The notes under the pieces are model-generated. The model was not told the DNA's origin and made no database searches. It saw only the letters and a program-made list of their open reading frames with translations. Positions 10,590-19,472 of a stretch of DNA of 64,000 nucleotides are shown here, in pieces (the stretch's first letter is position 1; every line of letters begins with the position of its first letter). Position numbers and translations under genes: made by a program. This stretch comes from Acidobacteriota bacterium (GTDB lineage: Bacteria; Acidobacteriota; Blastocatellia; RBC074): NCBI GenBank assembly GCA_016789605.1, contig JAEUQO010000097.1, forward strand, positions 776-64,775, written 5' to 3'.

Positions 10590-12551
10590 TTACTTTTTCA
10601 GCAAAACGACTGGTGCTTGTTCAACCGCACGAATGCGCTCGAAAAAGCTGCGCACTGCGGTGTATTGCTCCACAGGAATTGTCGCCGATTTCAGCACCAA
10701 CGTGCGTTTGAACAGCAAATGCCCGTCTTTCACTTCGCAGACGGCAGCGTAATTCCCAAACGACTGATTCAGTTCGGTGGCTTCCGGGAATTCGTCCACT
10801 TCAAACCCGGCAGGCAATTTGATCTTGACGGTTTCGCTGTAAGCTTCGGATTCGAGCACCACCGGATGCTTCCGCTTCGTATCCGTCAAAAAAACCGACG
10901 AGCGCCGCGAGACGACTGCGGGTTTGAAAACCAGCAACCTGCCTTGCATCACTTGCCCATAACTGGGCGATTTGAATTCAACGTCGAGCGCGAATTTTCC
11001 GGCCAATGCGTCATCCAACGGCTCGGCCTTGAGCACGTTGGCGCTGGGCGCAGTTTGCGTGATCCAACGTTCCAGCGTTTTCAAATACTGCGGCTTGGCC
11101 ACACGCTTGAACATGCGGCGTTCATCCACGGCAGCCTGACCAAACGAACGCTCGCTGACTTTGGCCGTCAGTTGTCCGTCGGCGCTCAATTCCGCTTCGA
11201 CGGTGCGTTCCAGCCGATTGGCTTCAGGCAAAGTAACAGGCATTTTCAGCAAATCTCCGGCATCGCCGACAGCGACCAAGGCATAACTGCCCTGTTCGTG
11301 ATCCGGCAAATATCCGAACGGCGTGTCGTCATCCGTCGGATCAAAAACCAGCAAGCGCCCGGCTGCCGGATGATTGATGACGGTCGGCGCGATGGTGTCT
11401 TCGCTGACTTTGATTGCGATGATGTAATGATTGAATTGATGCGGTGAAGGCCATTCGGGCCGGACGTAGGTCGGATCGCCGGAGTAAATGATCACCGGGT
11501 ACGATTCGATCTTCAGCGCTTTCAGCAAGGCGCGCATCAAGTTGGCTTTGTCTTTGCAATCGCCATAGTTTTTGCTGAAGACCTCAGCCGCCGCGTGCGG
11601 GCGATATCCGCCGCCACGCCCCAAACCGATTTGAATGGAGATGTAATTGACAGCTTGCGCATAGCGGGCGATGGCCTGTATGCGTTCAAATTCGGTTTTG
11701 GCATTGGCCGTCAGTTCACGCGCCTTGGCTTCCATCTCCGGGGTGTAAACCGTTTGCGGATCGCTTAACTCAATCGTGTAACGTGACACATCCTGCCAAC
11801 TGGCAAAGGTGCGCACCGGGGCGCTCTTGCCTGCGGGCGGATACACACTGACGGCCAAACGCGGAATCAGGTTAGTAAATTCCGGTTGCGCTGGTTCTGC
11901 TTCGAGATGCGGCAGGTTGCGCAATTCCCAGACATAGGTCGTGCCATTCACGACCGGCTCCAGTTTGTCGCGATTGAACGTCACGCTTTCGGCGCGCCAG
12001 CCTTGCGGCAAGGTCACGCTGACGCGCGAAAGCAAGACCGGCAGCACGCGCTGAAACTGATGCGTAAATTGCGTAAAGATCGTTTTTTCTTCCGTCGTGA
12101 TTTCATAACCGAAAACGCTGCCCGGCACAGCATCGTCTTCAGCGTTAAGCAAACGGGCGCGCACTTCGTTGTACACGTCGTTTTTGGCCAGGGCGAAATC
12201 GCTTGTCTCTTTCTTGCCGTAACTTTTGACTTCGCCCGTCGGGCGCAACAGCCACGCGCGCATGTCTTTCACCTTTTCCGAATCGGTGCTGTAACTGGCA
12301 ACGGCGTGAGCCGCCGCACGCCCGTCAGCGTTCAAAATGCGCACGGCGTAACTGTCAACCGTTTTGACGCGGCCATCGTCTTCGTATATGCGCCGGGATT
12401 CCTGGTAAAGCACCACGGCAACAACGTCTTTTCCGTACTGAGGAAGCGTGCTTGCGGCCGCCTGGCGCAACCACGCGGGCGGATCATCGGCCCAGGCACT
12501 GGCGCTCAAACACGCCAGCGCAAAAACAATCAGCAGAAGCTTTTTCAGCAT
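10590..12551 (-). CDS. Secreted DUF3857 + transglutaminase-like cysteine peptidase-fold protein (catalytic Cys present)
   Basis: Start chosen at the ATG preceded by GGAGGAAAGAC. Signal peptide MLKKLLLIVFALACLSASAWA and transglutaminase core YGDCKDKANLM. Confidence 0.75.
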   Translation of the reverse strand: MLKKLLLIVFALACLSASAWADDPPAWLRQAAASTLPQYGKDVVAVVLYQESRRIYEDDGRVKTVDSYAVRILNADGRAAAHAVASYSTDSEKVKDMRAWLLRPTGEVKSYGKKETSDFALAKNDVYNEVRARLLNAEDDAVPGSVFGYEITTEEKTIFTQFTHQFQRVLPVLLSRVSVTLPQGWRAESVTFNRDKLEPVVNGTTYVWELRNLPHLEAEPAQPEFTNLIPRLAVSVYPPAGKSAPVRTFASWQDVSRYTIELSDPQTVYTPEMEAKARELTANAKTEFERIQAIARYAQAVNYISIQIGLGRGGGYRPHAAAEVFSKNYGDCKDKANLMRALLKALKIESYPVIIYSGDPTYVRPEWPSPHQFNHYIIAIKVSEDTIAPTVINHPAAGRLLVFDPTDDDTPFGYLPDHEQGSYALVAVGDAGDLLKMPVTLPEANRLERTVEAELSADGQLTAKVSERSFGQAAVDERRMFKRVAKPQYLKTLERWITQTAPSANVLKAEPLDDALAGKFALDVEFKSPSYGQVMQGRLLVFKPAVVSRRSSVFLTDTKRKHPVVLESEAYSETVKIKLPAGFEVDEFPEATELNQSFGNYAAVCEVKDGHLLFKRTLVLKSATIPVEQYTAVRSFFERIRAVEQAPVVLLKK

Positions 12552-12651
12552 GTCTTTCCTCCTGCAGCCTCTCTCGTTTTCCTGCTCTCTTTCACCCCAA
12601 AGGCGCTGGCGAGCAGGAAATGCCGTCAGACGTTTCCTGCTCGCTGCCAGA

Positions 12652-14616
12652 CTATTGTTTGACATTGGCCACCGCGCCCTGTTTGAACGTCAAGGCGTGG
12701 TTATCGCTCTTATGCACGGTGTCAAAAGCCGACTTTAAGGCGGTGTAAGAAGATTTCGGGAACATCATGCCTTCAAAACGCAGCTCGCGTTTGTATTGCA
12801 ATATGCGTTGATCCTGGGTGACGCCGATATTGACTTTGTAATGCCCGAGTTCGCCAAAGCCAAGATCGCTGGGCTGGTCTGCATTTTCGAGCGCATAGCC
12901 TTCCGGCAAATCCATCATTACCAGGTCTTCTTCCAGCCACGGGAAATGGAAGTAGACGTCGTTTTGCCGGGTGCTGGTCGCGAACATCTGGCCAATGCCT
13001 TTTTGGAAAAACGCCGGTTGCAAAAACATGCGTTTGCCCGTGCGCTCTGCGTACCCTGGCACGCGCAAGGTATAGCTATAAACAAAAGGCTTCAGCGGGT
13101 CTTGCGGGTGTTCGATTTTCAGGTTGGAAACTTCCGCACTGCTCAACCGCTCTTTCACGGCGTCGCGCAATTTGGTTTCGCGTTGTTCCGCGGTTTCGTC
13201 GTCGTATTCTTCTTTCATCGAAACGGCAAAATGGCCTGTATATTCGACGCGCACCTGGCCTTCGAGCGTGCCATCGTCGGTCAGCTTTAAGCGTGCGGTG
13301 CGGCGGATTCTCGATTGGTCAGCAGGAGAAAGCTGCGTTCTCACCATTACCGGTTCTTTACTGTCGCACACCAGCGCCTGAATGCCTTCTTCCTGCCAGC
13401 GCAACATGCCAAACGGAACATACGTGCTGGCGGGATCAAAAAACCGCCATTGATCGCCGACTTTGACGGCGATGTTATAGGCTCTCATGAAATATGGGTT
13501 GGTGAAATTCGGATCGAAAAACTTGCGGCTGCGGTCGCCCAACTTGGCATAGCGAGCTTCAAACCCGGCAGCTTGGGCCAAGGCAGCGAATAGAAAATCA
13601 ATGTCTGTGCCTGTGCCATACCCACGCTTGAGCGTATCGGCAGGCGAATTATTGTCCTTCAGTTTTCGTAACTGCTCTTCGGTAAATCCAGAAGCATCGT
13701 CGTTGACGTTTTTGATTTTGGTGCGGCAGAAATTAAACAAACGCTCCAGCTTTTGTTCGGGCGTTGTGGCATCGCCGATGGTTTCAGTGGCGACACGGCG
13801 AATGTCGTCATTCACCTTCATGAATTCCTTGGCAACTTCCGCATACTGTCTGCCCAAATCGCGCCAATACGTTGCAGGGTCTTTGCGCACATCGGGCGCG
13901 TAATACACCAGCATCCAGGTACGCACTTGATCAGGAGGCGGCATGCGCGATTCTTCGCGATAAGCCGGCACGTTGGTCATTTCGGTGCGGAAAAAGCCAT
14001 CTTTGTCTTTGACGAAGTTGGATGAAGCCCCCTGGAACGTTACAGTTTTCATTGGGTACATCGCCCCCGCCAATGGTTTCAGGTAGTAGCGCACGACCTG
14101 TACGGGGATTTCCCGCTGAAAATACAGACGCAAATAGTTGTCTGACGTCGCGCTGATTTCGCGCCAGCGGTATTCAATGATTGCACCGGGTTCGACCCCA
14201 GGCATGGCGAACGATTTTGAGCGCAATTTGAAGCCGCCAAACTTGATCACTTCGCGATCGAACACGGCGTCTTTTTTCAATTCAATGATGGTTCCGTCAG
14301 GTTTGATCGTGCGACCAGCGACGTCTTTGATGCCGACGCCTTTAAGGTAGGGAATATCAATCTTGCTCTGTGTATCTTTGCCGCGCTCGGTAAAGATTTT
14401 GACGCGCAACAGATGGGTATATTCGGTGGTATCAGTGTTGTCATTGATATACACCTCCCACAGCAACGCTTCGGCATCGGCATCTTTTTCGACGATGGGA
14501 GCTTTTAACGCAACGTGGGCAGGATCAAGTGGCTTCCATTGCTGTGCATAGGCAGCGACAGAGCCCAAACCGATCAGACTGAGCAGCAAGGAGAGTGATA
14601 AGCGTTGAAGTTTCAT
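12652..14616 (-). CDS. Secreted DUF3857 + transglutaminase-like fold protein (core Cys replaced)
   Basis: Signal peptide MKLQRLSLSLLLSLIGLGSVAAYA. It is a paralogue of the downstream gene, with the equivalent core reading YGTGTDIDFLF. Confidence 0.75.
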   Translation of the reverse strand: MKLQRLSLSLLLSLIGLGSVAAYAQQWKPLDPAHVALKAPIVEKDADAEALLWEVYINDNTDTTEYTHLLRVKIFTERGKDTQSKIDIPYLKGVGIKDVAGRTIKPDGTIIELKKDAVFDREVIKFGGFKLRSKSFAMPGVEPGAIIEYRWREISATSDNYLRLYFQREIPVQVVRYYLKPLAGAMYPMKTVTFQGASSNFVKDKDGFFRTEMTNVPAYREESRMPPPDQVRTWMLVYYAPDVRKDPATYWRDLGRQYAEVAKEFMKVNDDIRRVATETIGDATTPEQKLERLFNFCRTKIKNVNDDASGFTEEQLRKLKDNNSPADTLKRGYGTGTDIDFLFAALAQAAGFEARYAKLGDRSRKFFDPNFTNPYFMRAYNIAVKVGDQWRFFDPASTYVPFGMLRWQEEGIQALVCDSKEPVMVRTQLSPADQSRIRRTARLKLTDDGTLEGQVRVEYTGHFAVSMKEEYDDETAEQRETKLRDAVKERLSSAEVSNLKIEHPQDPLKPFVYSYTLRVPGYAERTGKRMFLQPAFFQKGIGQMFATSTRQNDVYFHFPWLEEDLVMMDLPEGYALENADQPSDLGFGELGHYKVNIGVTQDQRILQYKRELRFEGMMFPKSSYTALKSAFDTVHKSDNHALTFKQGAVANVKQ

Positions 14617-14978
14617 GGCAACTTCCTTTCTGTGAATACGCCAGGTTGAGGTTACGATGCGAGCTGAAGCAACATTTAAGCAGAGGTGAAAGCGTCAAAG
14701 GCGGCTTCGCGCAAATCAAAAAAGTTGATGCAATCGCTGAGAACTCTGAGCCGAGTTATCGCCGAGTTATCTATGTTATCTGTTTACGCTCAAACTTTGG
14801 GGATCGCCGATGGCAGACTTGATCTTAAGGCGGCTTCAGATGCAGTTTCAACAAAAATCTGTTGCCTCCTAACCTAAGAAAACCTGCCCTCCCCCAGACC
14901 GCCGCAAACAACTGAACAAAGAGTGAAGCCGGTTTTGACCTATACATGAGGAAGAGGTGTCTGGGGAAATTCTCCGTC

Positions 14979-15006
14979 TTGGCGGGATTTCGCGCTGTGC
15001 TATAAT
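14979..15006 (+). promoter_or_regulatory. Candidate sigma70-type promoter for the 7TM-HD gene
   Basis: TTGGCG, a 16-nt spacer, then TGcTATAAT (extended -10), about 65 nt upstream of the ATG at 15072. Confidence 0.3.
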
Positions 15007-15071
15007 TCGCGACCGCACATCAACGTCCGCTTGCCAATTGTTCCCCACAAGCAAGCAGCGTCAGTATCACC

Positions 15072-16874
15072 ATGACTCAGGAACACCAACGTTCGTGGTT
15101 GACGCGCCTGAAGCGCCTGCCGCAATCAGCGGGACAGCAGCTCTCCATCCAATTTCGCCGCATTCCGCAACGCACCCGCTTCTTGTTGTTGTCTACGGTC
15201 TTCGCCTTCTTCACCACACTTTTTACGTCGCATTTTTCGCTCACGATCGTCCCCGCCTATCAGTTGGGAGACATTGCCAAAGCAGACATCGTCGTACCTG
15301 CGGACTTGCTGGTTAAAGATCAAGCGCACGCGTTTGGTGCGCTGCCGTTTTTCAAACACAACCCGGTCATTTTGCGAGCGGGCGAATCCGTGAATGCAGA
15401 AAAATTGCCGCTGATCGAAGTCGTGCGCCGCTATCAGTTGGCACAGCGCAGCCCGTTGCGGTTGCTCGGCCTGTTCGCGTTGATTGCGCTGATGTATTTC
15501 GCGCTCTTCAAAGCGGCCACGACCAGCCAATCGTCTCGGTTGGGGCCGCGTACGGCGTATTGGGTGGCAGGTTCCGCCCTGATGATTCAGACGTTGCTCG
15601 TGCGCGCTGGCATGTATGGCGCAGCCGTACTCAGCACCCAGCCGGAAATGATGAGCTTGGGCGGTTTTTTTGAATTTGCCTTTGCCATTCCGTTTGCGAG
15701 CGGCGCGCTTGTGTTGTCGCTGCTGATTGGCGGCCAAGTCGCGCTGGTAACGGGATTGATGAGCGCGATTCTAGCTGGTTTTATCGCACCTGATGGATTG
15801 GCCTTTGTCGCGTTTGCGCTGGCAGGCTCAGTCATCGCGATTTATAGCGTACAGCGCTATCACACACGCAATGCGGTGGTGATCGCCAGTACGGCGGTGG
15901 GCGCGATTAACATCTTGATGGGATTGGCGGTGATGCTCATTGCCGAACACGGCTGGCAATGGTCGCGTGTGTTGGGCGGCATGGTATTAGGACTGGCAGG
16001 AGCGCTTTTCACTGCGGCAGCAGCCAGTCTGGCAATCCCAGTTTATGAATCGGCGTTCGACATCCTGACGGACATGAAGCTGATGGAGTTGGCCAACGCC
16101 GACAATCCTCTGTTGCGGCAACTGGCGATTACCACACCGGGGACTCATCATCATTCGTTTATGGTTGGCGTACTGGCAGAAGCCGCCGCCAAAGCCATCG
16201 GCGCCAACCCCCTGCTGGCACGCACCGGTTGCCTGTATCACGACATTGGCAAACTGGCTGCGCCCAATATGTACATCGAAAATCAAAAAGGTGGCCCGAA
16301 CCCGCACGATCGAGTTTCGCCACTGAATAGCGTGCGAATCATTACTGGTCACGTGCGGCGTGGCATCGAAATGGCGCGCGAAGCCAACTTGCCCTCACAA
16401 ATCATTGACTTCATTCCGCAACATCACGGAACGCGCGTGCTGGCGTATTTCTATCACAAGGCCAAGGCGCAAGCTGAAGCTCGCGGCGAAACCGTCAACA
16501 TCGAAGATTTCCGCTATCCCGGCCCCAAACCGCAATCCAAGGAAGCAGTCATTCTAATGCTGGCCGATGGCGCTGAGGCTTCTGTTCGTTCATTAGAAGA
16601 GCAAACGCCGGAAAACATCCGCGCCATCGTCAAGAAGATTGTGGACAGCGTGGTGTCTGATGGCCAGCTAGACGAAAGCAACGTCACCATGCGCGAATTA
16701 ACCGTCATTCGCGAAACACTGATCAACACGCTCGCCAACGTCTATCATCAGCGCATCAGTTATCCGGGGTTTAATCCGCCGAGCGAAAAAACACCGGCGG
16801 AGACGACCCAACCGGGGACCTCATCACAAGAACCCAAAGGCGCAGAAGTCAGCACGGCTGCTGCGCGCAGGTAA
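15072..16874 (+). CDS. pgpH: 7TM receptor with intracellular HD phosphohydrolase domain (PgpH/YqfF type, candidate cyclic-di-AMP phosphodiesterase)
   Basis: An N-terminal extracytoplasmic region is followed by about 7 TM helices and an HD domain (GTHHHS, LYHDIGKL, IPQHHGT). Confidence 0.75.
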   Translation: MTQEHQRSWLTRLKRLPQSAGQQLSIQFRRIPQRTRFLLLSTVFAFFTTLFTSHFSLTIVPAYQLGDIAKADIVVPADLLVKDQAHAFGALPFFKHNPVILRAGESVNAEKLPLIEVVRRYQLAQRSPLRLLGLFALIALMYFALFKAATTSQSSRLGPRTAYWVAGSALMIQTLLVRAGMYGAAVLSTQPEMMSLGGFFEFAFAIPFASGALVLSLLIGGQVALVTGLMSAILAGFIAPDGLAFVAFALAGSVIAIYSVQRYHTRNAVVIASTAVGAINILMGLAVMLIAEHGWQWSRVLGGMVLGLAGALFTAAAASLAIPVYESAFDILTDMKLMELANADNPLLRQLAITTPGTHHHSFMVGVLAEAAAKAIGANPLLARTGCLYHDIGKLAAPNMYIENQKGGPNPHDRVSPLNSVRIITGHVRRGIEMAREANLPSQIIDFIPQHHGTRVLAYFYHKAKAQAEARGETVNIEDFRYPGPKPQSKEAVILMLADGAEASVRSLEEQTPENIRAIVKKIVDSVVSDGQLDESNVTMRELTVIRETLINTLANVYHQRISYPGFNPPSEKTPAETTQPGTSSQEPKGAEVSTAAARR

Positions 16875-16885
16875 CCTCACTTGTC

Positions 16886-17461
16886 GTGCCTATACTTTCT
16901 CTTCCCACCCCAGCGCTGATTTTGTTGATTGCGCCTTCGGGCGCGGGAAAATCCACGTTCGCCGCGCGCCACTTTTCCCCAACCGAAATTATTTCTTCAG
17001 ATCGTTGTCGCGCATTCATCAGCGATGATGAGAACAATCAACAAGTGACTCAAGCGGCGTTTGGGTTGTTGCATCATTGGACGCGTTTGCGTTTAGCCCA
17101 GCCGCGCTTGACGGTCATTGACGCCACCAACGTTCAATACAGCGCGCGCCAGCCGTTGCTGCGCCTGGCGCGAGCAGCGCAGGTTCCTGCCGTCGCACTG
17201 GTCTTAGACGTGTCGCTGGCAACCTGTCTCAGCCGAAATCGTCAGCGTCCCCAACGCTTCGTCGCGGAAGAAATCATCCGCCAGCAATATCACGAATTCA
17301 CCTCTGCGCTCTTGCATCTGTCACGCGAAGGTTACGCACAGATACGCCGACTCAAAGAAGACACGCTCGACAGCATTCAGATTTTACGCGAGCAGATCAC
17401 ACGCGAGCAGATTACAGATGAGCAGGCGGTGCGTGAGGCGTTGGAAACAAGGAAAAATTAG
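16886..17461 (+). CDS. Stand-alone P-loop polynucleotide 5'-kinase-like protein (Pnkp kinase-module homologue)
   Basis: LIAPSGAGKSTFAARHFSPTEIISSDRCRAFISDDENNQQVT and RLTVIDATNVQ closely mirror the kinase domain of bacterial Pnkp RNA-repair enzymes. GTG start. Confidence 0.7.
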   Translation: MPILSLPTPALILLIAPSGAGKSTFAARHFSPTEIISSDRCRAFISDDENNQQVTQAAFGLLHHWTRLRLAQPRLTVIDATNVQYSARQPLLRLARAAQVPAVALVLDVSLATCLSRNRQRPQRFVAEEIIRQQYHEFTSALLHLSREGYAQIRRLKEDTLDSIQILREQITREQITDEQAVREALETRKN

Positions 17462-17682
17462 AAAGCAGCGGGATTCGTATTAGAGAACATACGACGAAAA
17501 ATTAATGGCCAAGTTTGTTTGCGGATATTTGCAAATTCTGGCGGGCAAAATTGGAAGAACGCGGCGATTCACACTTTCATGTTGTTGCCTAGCAAAGAAT
17601 AGCTAGGGGCCAGGGCGGGCCACCATTCGGGCTACGGCACCAGGCTCGTTGATGGCCCGCTCCTAATTTTAGTTGCGGTAAT

Positions 17683-18285
17683 TTACTCCTGTTTCACCTG
17701 GCTTTCTGCTACCGACCCCGACTCTTCCCCCAGTGCGAATGCCCCGAAGATGGTTTTGAATTCTGCCGTTGCTTTGCGCAGTTCGATCCACTGCGCCCAA
17801 ATCTCTGGTGTTTGTAACCAGACGGTGAACCACTGTGCGATCTCCCCCTGCACGTGTTGCTCACCAACTTGGCTTGCTTGAGCTTGCGCCAAAGCAACGG
17901 CCTTCTGTTTTGCATCCAACGCCGCCTGCCGCGCAAATCGCACGCCTGTACGATCTCCCGCTCGCTTGAACTCCCGATAGAAATCATCAATGTTGCGCAG
18001 CGCTTGTTCCGCGCGCGCCAGCGTATTCAGTTCATAAGCGATCCCGGCAAACAACGTCTCGTATTTTTCCGTCGGTTTGGCCATGCGAAAGACTTGCTCA
18101 AACCGAATAGGCAAATCCTCTGCGTGCAGGATGCGGGCAATCTCGCCCGGATCGAGCGCACCGCCTTCGCCAAATTCCGCCACTAATGCCGCGTTGATCA
18201 TTGCGATTTCGCGTGCGGTGACCTCGCCCATCGCTTCACGATCGTAAATATCCAACACCATTTCGCGTTTCGATTTACGTTTCAT
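17683..18285 (-). CDS. Hypothetical soluble all-helical protein, probably co-transcribed with the ABC ATPase
   Basis: Start trimmed to the ATG 25 nt downstream of the ABC gene stop. I saw no TM segment and no recognisable motif. Confidence 0.5.
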   Translation of the reverse strand: MKRKSKREMVLDIYDREAMGEVTAREIAMINAALVAEFGEGGALDPGEIARILHAEDLPIRFEQVFRMAKPTEKYETLFAGIAYELNTLARAEQALRNIDDFYREFKRAGDRTGVRFARQAALDAKQKAVALAQAQASQVGEQHVQGEIAQWFTVWLQTPEIWAQWIELRKATAEFKTIFGAFALGEESGSVAESQVKQE

Positions 18286-18310
18286 GCTCAAGGCCGATAC
18301 GCGCCGCCAA

Positions 18311-19213
18311 TTACTGGCGCTTGACGCTTTCGATGAAGATTTCGTTGAGCGAAGGGGCAACCAATTCAAAGCGCGTCAATTGCGCGCCACGCGCGATCAG
18401 TTGTTGCAACAACGCTTGCGGATCATTGCCGTCTGACAGCGTGACTTCGGTGTAATCGCGCCGCCGGATGAACCGCTCAACTAACGAATTGCCAGTCAAC
18501 GCCGCGTCCAGGTTTTCGCCGTCCAGCGCCACATAACGCCAGCCGAAATTGCGTTTCACGTCGCGCACCGAACCGCCCAGAATTTTCTGGCCGTGGTTGA
18601 TCAAACAAATTTCGTCGCACAACTCTTCGGCCTGTTGCATCAAGTGCGTCGAAAAGATGATGGTTTTGTTGTTGGCTTTCAGCTCTTGCACGATCTCCTT
18701 GAGCAGGCTGGCGCTCACCGGATCAAGCCCCGAAAACGGTTCGTCCAGAATGACGAGGTCAGGGCCGTGCAAAATCGTCGAGACAAACTGGATTTTCTGC
18801 TGCATGCCTTTGGAAAGCTCTTCCCACTTCTTATTTTTCCATTGCGCCATTTCGATGCGCCCCAACCACTGGTCAATGCGCTTTTCGGCTTCGGCGGCAG
18901 ACAATCCTTTCAACTCGGCGAAAAACAGCAACTGCTCACCGACTTTCATCTTCTTGTACAAGCCGCGATCTTCGGGCAAATACCCGACGCGCTCTTGCAA
19001 CTTGCTGCTCATCGGCTGATCAAACAGCCGGATTTCTCCGGCATCAGGCATGGTGATGTTGACGATCATGCGAATCGTCGTGGATTTGCCTGCCCCGTTC
19101 GGTCCCAGAAGTCCAAAAATGCTTCCCTGGGCGACTTCCAGCGAAAGGTCTTTGACGGCGGTGAAATCTCCGTATTGCTTGCTGACGTGGCGAACTGAAA
19201 TTGCGTTTGGCAT
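18311..19213 (-). CDS. ABC transporter ATP-binding protein (ABC-2/NatA-like with DUF4162-type C-terminal domain)
   Basis: Walker A GPNGAGKST, signature LSKGMQQK, Walker B LVILDEP. Confidence 0.9.
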   Translation of the reverse strand: MPNAISVRHVSKQYGDFTAVKDLSLEVAQGSIFGLLGPNGAGKSTTIRMIVNITMPDAGEIRLFDQPMSSKLQERVGYLPEDRGLYKKMKVGEQLLFFAELKGLSAAEAEKRIDQWLGRIEMAQWKNKKWEELSKGMQQKIQFVSTILHGPDLVILDEPFSGLDPVSASLLKEIVQELKANNKTIIFSTHLMQQAEELCDEICLINHGQKILGGSVRDVKRNFGWRYVALDGENLDAALTGNSLVERFIRRRDYTEVTLSDGNDPQALLQQLIARGAQLTRFELVAPSLNEIFIESVKRQ

Positions 19214-19472
19214 GGTCTTTATCTGGTTTCTCTTGTGCTATGCGATGATGTGTATCCTACGGTACGGCTCTCGCCGCAAACAAGCGCAGGGTAAACATCT
19301 GTTGCTGCGCTGGTGGTTCAGGCGAAAAAACGACTGAACCGGCGTCTGGGTTCAAAGTGATTTGGCTCGACGCTTGCGCTACCGCTCAGCTATAATCGCC
19401 GCGTTTTTTACAAACGTACAGGCGTCCCCAAAAAATCTTCGCCCCCGACAGATAGAGTGAGAAAAAGTCCCG

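Noticed and set aside
10401-11447. 348-aa plus-strand ORF, and 11886-12662 (258 aa), antisense to the DUF3857/transglutaminase gene.
   Set aside because: Both lie entirely within a well-supported minus-strand CDS. They show no domain motifs and have Arg/Phe-rich composition.
12552-12665. N-terminal extensions offered by the ORF track at 12552-12665, 38432-38644, 44093-44254, 48635-48703, 49178-49243, 52475-52513, 62711-62881, 63190-63474, 24922-25059, 30770-30835 and 18286-18369.
   Set aside because: In each case an internal ATG preceded by a Shine-Dalgarno-like sequence begins a signal peptide or the conserved N-terminus of the family. The longer versions would also overlap upstream genes or terminators.
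17505-17606. 33-codon ORF (MAKFVCGYLQILAGKIGRTRRFTLSCCCLAKNS) in the AT-rich spacer 17462-17682, plus an imperfect hairpin GGGCGGGCCA...TGGCCCGC at about 17606-17657.
   Set aside because: There is no RBS, no recognisable peptide family and no T-run after the hairpin. This is insufficient to call a micro-ORF, an sRNA or a terminator.
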